Assembly: GCA_031362905.1 (NCBI GenBank)
Contig: JANLTL010000540.1
Location: 1-40,148 of the forward strand
Origin: Burkholderiales bacterium
Lineage (GTDB): Bacteria; Pseudomonadota; Gammaproteobacteria; Burkholderiales; JAEUOS01
Length of the DNA stretch: 40,148 bases
Direction: 5' to 3'
A program made the translations under genes and the position numbers. Positions 19,301 through 26,447 of this stretch are shown here, piece after piece; position 1 is the first letter of the stretch; the number at the start of each line of letters is the position of its first letter. The notes under the pieces were generated by a model. That model did not search any database, was not told the origin of the DNA, and saw only the letters and a program-made list of their open reading frames with translations.

Positions 19301-20953
19301 GAGGAGGCCACCCGGAACGCCATCAGCGAACGGACCAGCGTCAGCCACGCCTTGCGTGCAGCACAGGGGCAGCGCGACAGCCTGCTTGCGCAAATCGCCG
19401 CCGCCAAGGCCGAGAGTGACGCTGCACAAGCCGCTTGGCAGTCAGCGCGATATGATGCGGCGGCCCTGGCACGCCGCGTCACACTGGAACAGGAGGAGAG
19501 CGCCCATCTGGACACGCTGCTGCAATTGTCGGCAGCGGAACGGCGTGCACTCGATGCTGATTACGCGCGCGCGCGACTGGCACAAGCGGCGTTGCGTGCA
19601 CAGTTGGCTGCGACGGCTGCCGAGGCGGCGGCGGCGGCAACCACCGCGACGCTCAATGCAGCGAGCGCAGCGCGCACGAGCGATGCGCTGCTGGCAGAGC
19701 ATGCCGCTGCCGCAGAATCAGCCGAACGTGCGCTTGCCGAAGCACTGCTGCGCGTGCAAACTGCCGAAGCAGCGCGTCAACAGGCAATTGCACAAGCTGA
19801 ACACATCGCGTCTGCGCCACCGGACACCTCCGCTCTCGACGCAGCACACAAGGCCGCTGCCGAAACCGCCGCCACGGCGGCGCAACAGACCGCCAACAGT
19901 CTCGCCGAAGCCGCTCTGGAGGCCCTCAAAGAACGCGAAGACACGCTCCGGTCAGAACTGCGTACGCGCGAGCAAGCGCTGCAACAGCAACATGCCGACA
20001 CCGAATCGGCGCTGCAATCGGCTGCCGCAGACTTCGCCCAAATCGAGGCGCGCCTGATCGAAACCGAAGCCGCTCAACAGGATGCCCAGACACGTCTCGA
20101 TACGGCGCGTACGCGCGGTGCAGCCGCGCTGGACGTGCTCAATCACGAAGAAGCCGCCGCCGCCGAGATCGAGAAAGACCTGGCGGCTGCCAGGGCGCGC
20201 ACCATCGAAGCACGTGCCACTTTGCAAATGGCGAGCGAGCAGACGGCTCTCAGTGAGGAAGAGGCGCGCGAATTTGCCGCCGCCGCGCATGCCCGCGTAG
20301 CCGAAGCCACAGAGGCGGGAGAAGCGGCGGAGGCGGCACGATCGGCAGCCGCACAGGCCGTTGCCGAGGCTGCCCGGATCGCCGCAGCCGACGCCGCACA
20401 GATTGCCTCGGCAGAGGCCGCTCATCAAGCCGCCAAGGCCGAACTTGAACGCTTGCAGCGCGAAATCGAACTTGCCACCCTTGACTCTGCCGCCGCGCGC
20501 AACCGGCTTGCACTCGAACGCTCTGACGAAACCACCGCCCGTGTGGAACTGAAGCAAACACTCCAACGCAAGCCGGTCCGTGTCCGTGCCGCGTCAGCGG
20601 AACGCCGCTGGGCACGCTATGGCGTGCCCGCAGCGCTGGCGGCCCTGCTGGCCGCCGTCTATTTCATCCCGCGTGTGCTGCAGCCGCCGCAAGATGTCCC
20701 ACAGGCGCAGTCCACACCCCGCGACGCCGCAACTGCGGCTTCGCGCCCAAGCCCCCCCGCTTCTGCGGCCCCCGCAACCGCCATGGCCACGCCCGTCGTG
20801 ACACCAGCGGCGGCTCCCGGATCGAACCCGGCATCGAACCCTTTGGCTGCGCCTGCAGCGGCAGTAGTCACGCCGCTCTATTCAGTCGACGCCAACGCGC
20901 GCCGCGACCTCAAACTCACCTATGAGTTGAAACCACGTCAGCGCAAGCCTTAG
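16331..20953 (+). CDS. Giant (1540 aa) tail-anchored coiled-coil protein of unknown function
   Basis: Uninterrupted 4.6-kb ORF dominated by Ala/Glu/Arg/Gln/Leu/Thr/Asp with very few Pro or Gly. The exceptions are two Pro/Ala/Gly linkers (about nt 16652-16729 and 17213-17416). One hydrophobic helix, GVPAALAALLAAVYFIPRVL (20621-20680), is preceded by the basic stretch RKPVRVRAASAERRWARY. A 90-aa Pro/Ala/Thr-rich tail follows. No N-terminal signal peptide. Confidence 0.8.
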   Translation: MSSPPPAAVPDNPREELSVELKRQTSEFLARVQVKRTESINLQKAHAEELKTAVLAEAQARRARDLAVARVEKTRSERAAAEEAATRADAELAQLRARLAETERRIQTAGTAPVVNPVAATGTPSATAAPAPLDRQVQAAELRRATLQVNELEARLRELTSQREQVEHERDQLAQAAQAAARERAQMQEAKIQMEREHAQLAAAYAQSGPAQEQLAATLRAAEAERDRLAADLRAAQAERAEITSAMRNVEQQRDRWVVDKLRAETEGARLAAALGSAEQERDAAQAARIEALAAASAPAAVADDAVAAGASSGSTAQQAAAAPATLGVTQSLQVIAESYQPGAPSALGGLSLAFPTAQGTAELQQTEAAIEAERAKVAAAAKKLEEAVRARLATEQRVRNETQKLELAEHELAKAEQEQLRIAEEVEQEKSQRTSLEQQLADARTGRAELDQFLTDTAAEHDRKKRELQSLRAQTDATLVDLARANGELRETGVRLLEARTAQETHAPAFGAAKGALADTLAQVASLESDIKRERTALSAAQEDLSKVRSEAAQQQDELAAARIEQDRAAVSLTAARTDAAAAARDAATVRSQVEASRVALAAYEAQAADHQTRLTEAQTQAAALESGLRRQRAALDTMRSHVVAVRAERAQAEQELADAAAAKQGAKAILDAAREQTAQTAREAAAARARLDADRGVLNDHETKAGALKAALATALATLSGLEADTAREREALTAAEQALDAVKARRADAETRRGEADARRAELQSQVLVEQRALDELTRQINGLTARKAEQQAILDAGESTLKETAERTSMIEAARRQREAQLVAAAEQNAAMARDMRAAISERDEAQRQLDGLRAERQTLEENAARERGAAAREHSAVQTGRAGRKRAEIEFAALRQEHADGAARLAAANAALEDLRAAVTAIEQQQAAAGSELAARESALDTQAQQLRALEQEHAQSEQATAAEHERAALARTLLTTAQQALAETEEATRNAISERTSVSHALRAAQGQRDSLLAQIAAAKAESDAAQAAWQSARYDAAALARRVTLEQEESAHLDTLLQLSAAERRALDADYARARLAQAALRAQLAATAAEAAAAATTATLNAASAARTSDALLAEHAAAAESAERALAEALLRVQTAEAARQQAIAQAEHIASAPPDTSALDAAHKAAAETAATAAQQTANSLAEAALEALKEREDTLRSELRTREQALQQQHADTESALQSAAADFAQIEARLIETEAAQQDAQTRLDTARTRGAAALDVLNHEEAAAAEIEKDLAAARARTIEARATLQMASEQTALSEEEAREFAAAAHARVAEATEAGEAAEAARSAAAQAVAEAARIAAADAAQIASAEAAHQAAKAELERLQREIELATLDSAAARNRLALERSDETTARVELKQTLQRKPVRVRAASAERRWARYGVPAALAALLAAVYFIPRVLQPPQDVPQAQSTPRDAATAASRPSPPASAAPATAMATPVVTPAAAPGSNPASNPLAAPAAAVVTPLYSVDANARRDLKLTYELKPRQRKP

Positions 20954-20988
20954 CACGGATCGTCCGGCCCCGCTAGCAGCGTACCCAC

Positions 20989-21013
20989 AAGAACCGCTTC
21001 AGGAGCGGTTCTT
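20989..21013. terminator. Hairpin between convergent genes (probable bidirectional terminator)
   Basis: AAGAACCGCT-tcagg-AGCGGTTCTT is a perfect 10-bp stem. It lies in the 85-nt gap between the stop of the giant ORF (20953) and the stop of the oxidoreductase gene (21039). The T-tracts are only short (TTCTT). Confidence 0.45.
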
Positions 21014-21038
21014 CACGACATCCCCCTGCAGCCACATG

Positions 21039-24000
21039 CTACGCTACCGCTGCACGCAGCAACCGGCCCGCATGATATTGCTGAAGCAACTCTTGCTCAT
21101 GCGCACGCGCCACCGCCAGATGCCGCTCTTTCACATGCCCATAGCCCCGAATCTCCTCGGGCACCAACGCGATTGCAATCGCCGTCGCCATGTTGTCCGT
21201 CGACAGCGTCGGAAGCAGCCCCGATACCGTCTCCTGATAGGCCCCGATCAAGGCGCGCTCGCCGCGGCGCTCCGCGGTGTAACCGAAGACGTCAAGCGCG
21301 GTACCGCGCAGGCCCTTGAACTTCGCCAGCACGCCAAAGGCCTTCATCATCCAGGCGCCATAGGGCTGCTTGACCAGTTCTCCCTTGTCATTGCGTGACG
21401 CCAGCAGCGGCGGGGCAAGATGAAAGCGCAATTGGTAGTCACCTTCGAACTGCGCGCGGATTTTTTCCATGAATGCCGGGTCAGCGTGGAGTCGCGCCAC
21501 TTCGTATTCATCCTTGTAGGCCATCAGCTTGTAGAAATAGCGCGCGACCGCTTCAGTCAATTTGGTGCCGCCCACCTTGGCCGCTTCCGCCTGCCGCACT
21601 TGCTCGACAAAATCGCTGTAGCGCCTGGCGTAAGCGGCGTCCTGATAAGCGGCGAGAAATTCCACGCGCCGCGCGATGACCTCATCGACGTTGCGTGACA
21701 GGCCCGCAGATTGACTGCGCGGCGTGATCATGACGACCTGCGCCGGGGTGGCAATGCGCTCCACGGCAGCCGCATCGACTGCGGCATAGCGGCCCCAGCC
21801 AAAGGCCTTTTTGTTGAAATCGATCGACACGCCGTTGAGTTCAATCGCGCGCATCAAGGCAGCTTCCCCCACCGGCAGCAGACCTTGCTGGAATGCGTAA
21901 CCGAGCAGGAACATGTTGGTGGCAATCGCATCACCCATCAGAGCGGTGGCCAGACGGTTGGCCGCCACCAGGGTGAGCGCGGGTTTGCCGGCGGCGGCGT
22001 TGCCTGTCGCTTCAGCAAGCGCTTGCTCAAGCGCGATGGCAGGCAGCTTCCAGTTCGGATCTTTTACAAACGCTGCAGTGGGCGCGAGTGTGCTGTTGAC
22101 CAGCACGCGCGTGCGCCCGGCACCGATGCGCGAGAGCACATCCTTGCCGGCGGTGACCACCAGGTCGGCACCAACGACAAGGTCGGCCGCCGCGGTACCG
22201 ACGCGCGTGGCGTGGAGGTCTTCATTGCGCGCGGCGATTTGCACGTGACTCGTCACCTGGCCGCCTTTTTGCGCCAGGCCTGACATGTCGAGAACCTGTG
22301 CGCTCTTGCCTTCGAGATGCGCGGCCACCGCAACGATCTGGCCGATGGTGATGACGCCGGTACCACCGATGCCGGTCACCAGCATGTTGTAGGGTTGCAC
22401 GACGGCGGGAATCGCCGGATTGGGAAAATCCGGAAACGCCGTCGCGTCTGCGCCAGCCTTGGCGCTGGCACTGGGAGCGCCGACCTTGGCGGACTTTCTT
22501 AAGGTACCGCCTTCCACCGTCACAAAGCTCGGACAGAATCCGTTGACGCAGGAGTAGTCCTTGTTGCACGCCGATTGGTTGATTTTGCGTTTGCGGCCGA
22601 ATTCGGTTTCGAGCGGTTCGACCGAAATGCAGTTCGACTTCACCGAGCAATCGCCACAGCCTTCGCACACCGCGTCGTTGATGAAGGCGCGTTTGGCCGG
22701 GTCGGGAAACTGGCCGATCTTGCGGCGGCGGCGCTTTTCGGAAGCACAGGTCTGGTCGTATATCACTGCCGAGATACCGGGCATCTCGCGCAATTGCTTT
22801 TGCACGGCGTCAAGCTGGTCGCGATGATGCACCGTGGTGCCGGGCGCCCACGCTGTACCCGCTGCGTATTTCTCCGGCTCGTCGGTCACCACCATGATCG
22901 GTGTGACGCCTTCTGCGTGCAGTTGTTGCGAAATCAGCCACGGGTTGAGCGGGCCATCGTGGCGCTGGCCGCCGGTCATGGCGACGGCGTCGTTGAACAG
23001 CACCTTGTAGGTAGCGTTAACCCTGGACGCCACCGCCGCGCGAATCGCCAGCAGCCCGGAGTGGAAGTAGGTGCCATCACCAATGTTGACGAACACATGC
23101 TTCTCGTCGGTGAAGTGCGCCGCCCCGGCCCAGGTGACGCCCTCGGCACCCATGTGCGTGAAGGTCGAGGTCTCGCGATCCATCCACTGCGCCATGTAAT
23201 GGCAGCCGATACCGGCCAGCGCGCGCGAGCCTTCCGGCACTTTGGTGGACGTATTGTGCGGACAACCGGAGCAAAAATACGGTGTGCGCACCGCTATCGG
23301 CAGGGTTTTGGCAAGCGCCCCTTCCTTGGCATCGAGAAACGCAATGCGTGCGTCGAAACGGGTCTGAAGATCGGCTCCCACCAAGGGTTTCAGGCGCATA
23401 ACCAGTGCGCGCGCAATGATCGAGGGGGTTAGTTCGCCGTGCAGCGGCAGCAGCGGCAGACCTGCGCCATCGGTCTTGCCGGCAACGCGTGGTGCGCCCG
23501 GCAAGCCAAACAAGATTTCCTTGGTTTGCGATTCGATCAGCGCGCGCTTTTCTTCGACGACAAAAATCTCGTCAAGCCCCTGCGCGAAGTCACGTATACC
23601 GGTTTCTTCCAGCGGCCAGGTCACCGCAATCTTGTAAAGGCGGATGCCGAGGTCTGCTGCCACCTTCTGGTCAATGCCGAGGTCCGCTAGCGCCTGCCGC
23701 GTGTCGGCGTAGGCCTTGCCCGCCGACGCGATGCCCAGCCTGGGCTTGACACTCGCGCCCTCACGCCACAACACCTGGTTGAGTTTGTTCGCGCGCACAT
23801 AGGCCTTGACGGCAGGCAGCTTGAAATTGAGCAGGCGCGCTTCTTCACCGATGAAATCGATGTAGTTGAAGCGAATCGACAGGCCATCGGGCGGCAACAC
23901 AAAATCCGTGGGTATGACCGGCGCGATGCGCCCCGCGCCCAACTCGACTGTCGCGCCCGATTCGACAATATCGGTCACGCACTTGATGCCGCTCCACAAC

Positions 24001-24602
24001 GACGCATAACGCGACATCGCAAAACCATGCAGGCCGTAGTCGAGAATGTCCTGCACACTGGCCGGGTAAAACACCGGCGTCGAACACGCGATCAAAATCT
24101 GCTCGGACTGATGCGCGGTGGTGGACGACTTCGCGCCGTGATCGTCGCCCGCCAGCGCCAGCACGCCGCCCCAGGGCGACGTACCAGCCATGTTGGCGTG
24201 CTTGAACACATCGCCGGAGCGATCCACCCCCGGCCCCTTGCCGTACCAGATGCCGAACACGCCGTCGTAGCGGGCACCGGCAAACAGGTTCACCTGCTGC
24301 GTGCCCCAGATCGAAGTGGCGGCAAGGTCTTCATTCACACCGGGCTGAAACACGATGTGATGCTCCTTCAAATGCTTTTTCGCCTTGGCGAGCGATTGGT
24401 CGTAGCTGCCCAGGGGCGAGCCGCGATAACCGGAGATGAAGCCGGCGGTGTTCTTGCCCAGCCTCGCATCAGCCTGCCGCTGCAACATCGGCAAGCGCAC
24501 CAGCGCCTGGGTGCCGGTCATGAACGCGGCACCATTGTCGAGGGTGTATTTGTCGTCGAGGGAAATCGACTCGAGCAGCTTGGGATCAACCGGGGCATTC
24601 AT
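21039..24602 (-). CDS. Indolepyruvate:ferredoxin oxidoreductase family protein (fused alpha/beta, 1187 aa)
   Basis: I trimmed the ORF to the ATG at 24602 (MNAPVDPKLLESISLDDKYTLDNGAAFMTGTQALVRLPMLQ...GFISGYRGSPLG). TPP-binding motif GDGTYFHSG. Fe-S cluster motif CEGCGDCSVKSNC. The 96 codons upstream of 24602 run through the AT-rich promoter region and are not credible coding sequence. Confidence 0.9.
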   Translation of the reverse strand: MNAPVDPKLLESISLDDKYTLDNGAAFMTGTQALVRLPMLQRQADARLGKNTAGFISGYRGSPLGSYDQSLAKAKKHLKEHHIVFQPGVNEDLAATSIWGTQQVNLFAGARYDGVFGIWYGKGPGVDRSGDVFKHANMAGTSPWGGVLALAGDDHGAKSSTTAHQSEQILIACSTPVFYPASVQDILDYGLHGFAMSRYASLWSGIKCVTDIVESGATVELGAGRIAPVIPTDFVLPPDGLSIRFNYIDFIGEEARLLNFKLPAVKAYVRANKLNQVLWREGASVKPRLGIASAGKAYADTRQALADLGIDQKVAADLGIRLYKIAVTWPLEETGIRDFAQGLDEIFVVEEKRALIESQTKEILFGLPGAPRVAGKTDGAGLPLLPLHGELTPSIIARALVMRLKPLVGADLQTRFDARIAFLDAKEGALAKTLPIAVRTPYFCSGCPHNTSTKVPEGSRALAGIGCHYMAQWMDRETSTFTHMGAEGVTWAGAAHFTDEKHVFVNIGDGTYFHSGLLAIRAAVASRVNATYKVLFNDAVAMTGGQRHDGPLNPWLISQQLHAEGVTPIMVVTDEPEKYAAGTAWAPGTTVHHRDQLDAVQKQLREMPGISAVIYDQTCASEKRRRRKIGQFPDPAKRAFINDAVCEGCGDCSVKSNCISVEPLETEFGRKRKINQSACNKDYSCVNGFCPSFVTVEGGTLRKSAKVGAPSASAKAGADATAFPDFPNPAIPAVVQPYNMLVTGIGGTGVITIGQIVAVAAHLEGKSAQVLDMSGLAQKGGQVTSHVQIAARNEDLHATRVGTAAADLVVGADLVVTAGKDVLSRIGAGRTRVLVNSTLAPTAAFVKDPNWKLPAIALEQALAEATGNAAAGKPALTLVAANRLATALMGDAIATNMFLLGYAFQQGLLPVGEAALMRAIELNGVSIDFNKKAFGWGRYAAVDAAAVERIATPAQVVMITPRSQSAGLSRNVDEVIARRVEFLAAYQDAAYARRYSDFVEQVRQAEAAKVGGTKLTEAVARYFYKLMAYKDEYEVARLHADPAFMEKIRAQFEGDYQLRFHLAPPLLASRNDKGELVKQPYGAWMMKAFGVLAKFKGLRGTALDVFGYTAERRGERALIGAYQETVSGLLPTLSTDNMATAIAIALVPEEIRGYGHVKERHLAVARAHEQELLQQYHAGRLLRAAVA

Positions 24603-24695
24603 GGCGGGTTCCAGTGAGTACAAGGTGGTGGTGGTGAAAACGCAGGGAAGCGCGGGGAGTAGTGAGTATAGACAAGCGCGTGCGAAAAGTTTTTC

Positions 24696-24755
24696 CCATT
24701 TTTGCGTGAAATGGCAGACTTGCGATACATTTTGCGTTGCACAAACCTGCATTTT
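24696..24755. promoter_or_regulatory. Candidate Lrp operator / divergent promoter region
   Basis: Inverted repeat CCATTT-ttgcgtg-AAATGG (24696-24714). The motif CATTTT(T)GCGT occurs as a direct repeat at 24697 and 24728, 31 nt apart. A third CATTTT sits at 24750. All lie in the AT-rich gap between the divergent oxidoreductase and lrp-type genes. Confidence 0.4.
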
Positions 24756-24765
24756 AGGAAAAAAC

Positions 24766-25290
24766 ATGTCGCGAATCGCAAACAGGCCTCCCGGCCCTGC
24801 ACTCAACCCCGAACTCGATCGCACTGATCTGAAAATTCTCGACGCCCTGCAACGCAACGGGCGGCTCACCAATGCCGAGCTTGCCGACAAAGCAGGCTTG
24901 TCTTTATCACCCTGCTGGCGGCGCTTGAAGCGCCTCGAAGAATCCGGCGTGATCGAAGGCTATCAAGCAGTGCTCAACCACCGCGCGCTCGGCCTTGGCG
25001 TCACCGCCTTCGTGCGCGTTGACATCGAGCGCCACACCCCGGCGATGGAACGCCGCTTCGAAGACGCGATTGCCGACCTCCCCGAGATCGTCTCGTGCCA
25101 TGTGATCTCGGGCGAGGGCGCGTTCATGCTGATGGTGATGACCGAGTCGCTTGAAAGCTTTTCAACATTTGCCCTCAACACTTTGATGGCCTTACCCGGT
25201 GTCAAGGACACGCAGACCAGCTTTTCTCTCAAGGAAGTGAAGAAGTCGTCGCAACTGCCGCTGCGCCAGCTTGAACGCAGGCTGCGCTAG
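24766..25290 (+). CDS. Lrp/AsnC family transcriptional regulator
   Basis: I trimmed the ORF to the ATG at 24766. The HTH region is LDRTDLKILDALQRNGRLTNAELADKAGLSLSPCWRRLKRLEESGVI, followed by the RAM/AsnC_trans_reg effector domain (AFVRVDIERH...VSCHVISGEGAFMLMV). Confidence 0.9.
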   Translation: MSRIANRPPGPALNPELDRTDLKILDALQRNGRLTNAELADKAGLSLSPCWRRLKRLEESGVIEGYQAVLNHRALGLGVTAFVRVDIERHTPAMERRFEDAIADLPEIVSCHVISGEGAFMLMVMTESLESFSTFALNTLMALPGVKDTQTSFSLKEVKKSSQLPLRQLERRLR

Positions 25291-25302
25291 CAGCCGTTCT
25301 GC

Positions 25303-26148
25303 TCAGCGCCGCCGCGCGCGATGGTAAGTGCCATCACCCGGATGCAGCAGAGTATCGCTTGCAAGCAACTGACCCGGTTCGATGGTCGCGCTGCCCTCAG
25401 CGCCTGAATAGAGCGGCGCAAAATCGATCCTGGCCAGCGCCAGCAGATCGTCAAGGCTGTCGAGCACAAAGTAGGTTTCCTGAAAATCGTCGATGCGATA
25501 CCGCGTGCGCATCACGCGCGCCAGATCAAAGCGCACGCGGTTGGGTGACGCATCATCGAGCGCAAACACGGTTTCCGTGAACGACGAAGCGATCCCCGCG
25601 CCGTAAAGGCGCAAGCCATCGGCCTGCTGCACCAGCCCAAACTCCACGGTGTACCAATACACGCGCGCCAGTTTGTCGAGCATGCCGAGTCGTTGGGCAC
25701 GCAGCCCGCCTTCTCCGTAGGCCTGGATGAAATCGGCCATCACCGGATTCATCAGCATCGGCACGTGGCCAAACACGTCGTGGAACACGTCCGGCTCTTC
25801 GAGATAGTCGAGTTGATGCGCTTGCCGAATGAAGTTGCCGGCCGGGAAGCGCCGCTGCGCCAGATGCGCAAAGAACACGGCGTCAGGCACCAGGCCCGGC
25901 ACGGCCACCAGTTGCCAACCGGTGTGGCGCATCAGTACGTCATTGAGGGCACGAAAATCAGGCATCGCCTCGCGCCCCATCGGCAGCGCGCGCATGCCGT
26001 CGACAAAAGCCTCGCACGCGCGCCCCGGCAAGAGCTTGGCCTGGCGGTCAAACAGGGTCTGCCATACAGCGTGTTGCGCGGCGGTGTAATCCGCCCAGCC
26101 TTGGTCGATGGTCCAGTCTGCGCGCCGCGGCGCAGGTAAGCCGCTCAT
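25303..26148 (-). CDS. phhA: Phenylalanine 4-hydroxylase
   Basis: Iron-ligand region [15 protein letters not shown], plus [13 protein letters not shown] and [11 protein letters not shown], typical of bacterial PhhA. The ATG overlaps the phhB stop as ATGA. Confidence 0.9.
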   Translation of the reverse strand: MSGLPAPRRADWTIDQGWADYTAAQHAVWQTLFDRQAKLLPGRACEAFVDGMRALPMGREAMPDFRALNDVLMRHTGWQLVAVPGLVPDAVFFAHLAQRRFPAGNFIRQAHQLDYLEEPDVFHDVFGHVPMLMNPVMADFIQAYGEGGLRAQRLGMLDKLARVYWYTVEFGLVQQADGLRLYGAGIASSFTETVFALDDASPNRVRFDLARVMRTRYRIDDFQETYFVLDSLDDLLALARIDFAPLYSGAEGSATIEPGQLLASDTLLHPGDGTYHRARRR

Positions 26149-26447
26149 GTCTGCGCACCGGCGCCATCGGCAAAGCGCGCGAGGTCAATGTCGCGTCGCG
26201 TCAGCCCGCCCGCATCGTGGGTGGTGAGCAGGATGTCCACGCGGTTGTAGACGTTGCTCCACTCCGGGTGATGGTCATGGCGCTCCGCATACAGGGCGAC
26301 GCGCGTCATGAAGGTAAAGGCCTGGTTGAAGTCGGCGAAGCGGAAGCTGCGGTGAATCGCCCCGCGCGCGGCATCGTGCGTCCAGTCCGGCAACGACTGC
26401 AGTGCCTGCGTGAGCGCGATAGAGTCGAGTTTGGTGGCCATGTTCAC
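26145..26447 (-). CDS. phhB: Pterin-4a-carbinolamine dehydratase
   Basis: [36 protein letters not shown] is the PCD/DCoH signature. The start is either the GTG at 26447 (which overlaps the hppD stop) or the ATG at 26441. Confidence 0.9.
   Translation of the reverse strand: MNMATKLDSIALTQALQSLPDWTHDAARGAIHRSFRFADFNQAFTFMTRVALYAERHDHHPEWSNVYNRVDILLTTHDAGGLTRRDIDLARFADGAGAQT

Noticed and set aside
16379-20871. Many long ORFs antisense to, or out of frame with, the giant coiled-coil gene (for example 16379-17563 minus, 394 aa; 18790-19515 minus; 19356-20057 plus)
   Set aside because: Their translations are Arg/Ala/Ser/Cys-rich low-complexity strings with no motifs. They arise because a sequence made of GCN/GAR/CGN/CAG codons is nearly free of stops in other frames. 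Only the 1540-aa frame has a coherent architecture of linkers, TM helix and tail.
24436-24890. Upstream extensions of the oxidoreductase ORF (to 24890) and of the Lrp ORF (from 24436), which would overlap each other
   Set aside because: Both extensions run through the AT-rich divergent promoter region and through the other gene's coding sequence. Family-typical N-termini start at 24602 (MNAPVDPKLL) and 24766 (MSRIANR).
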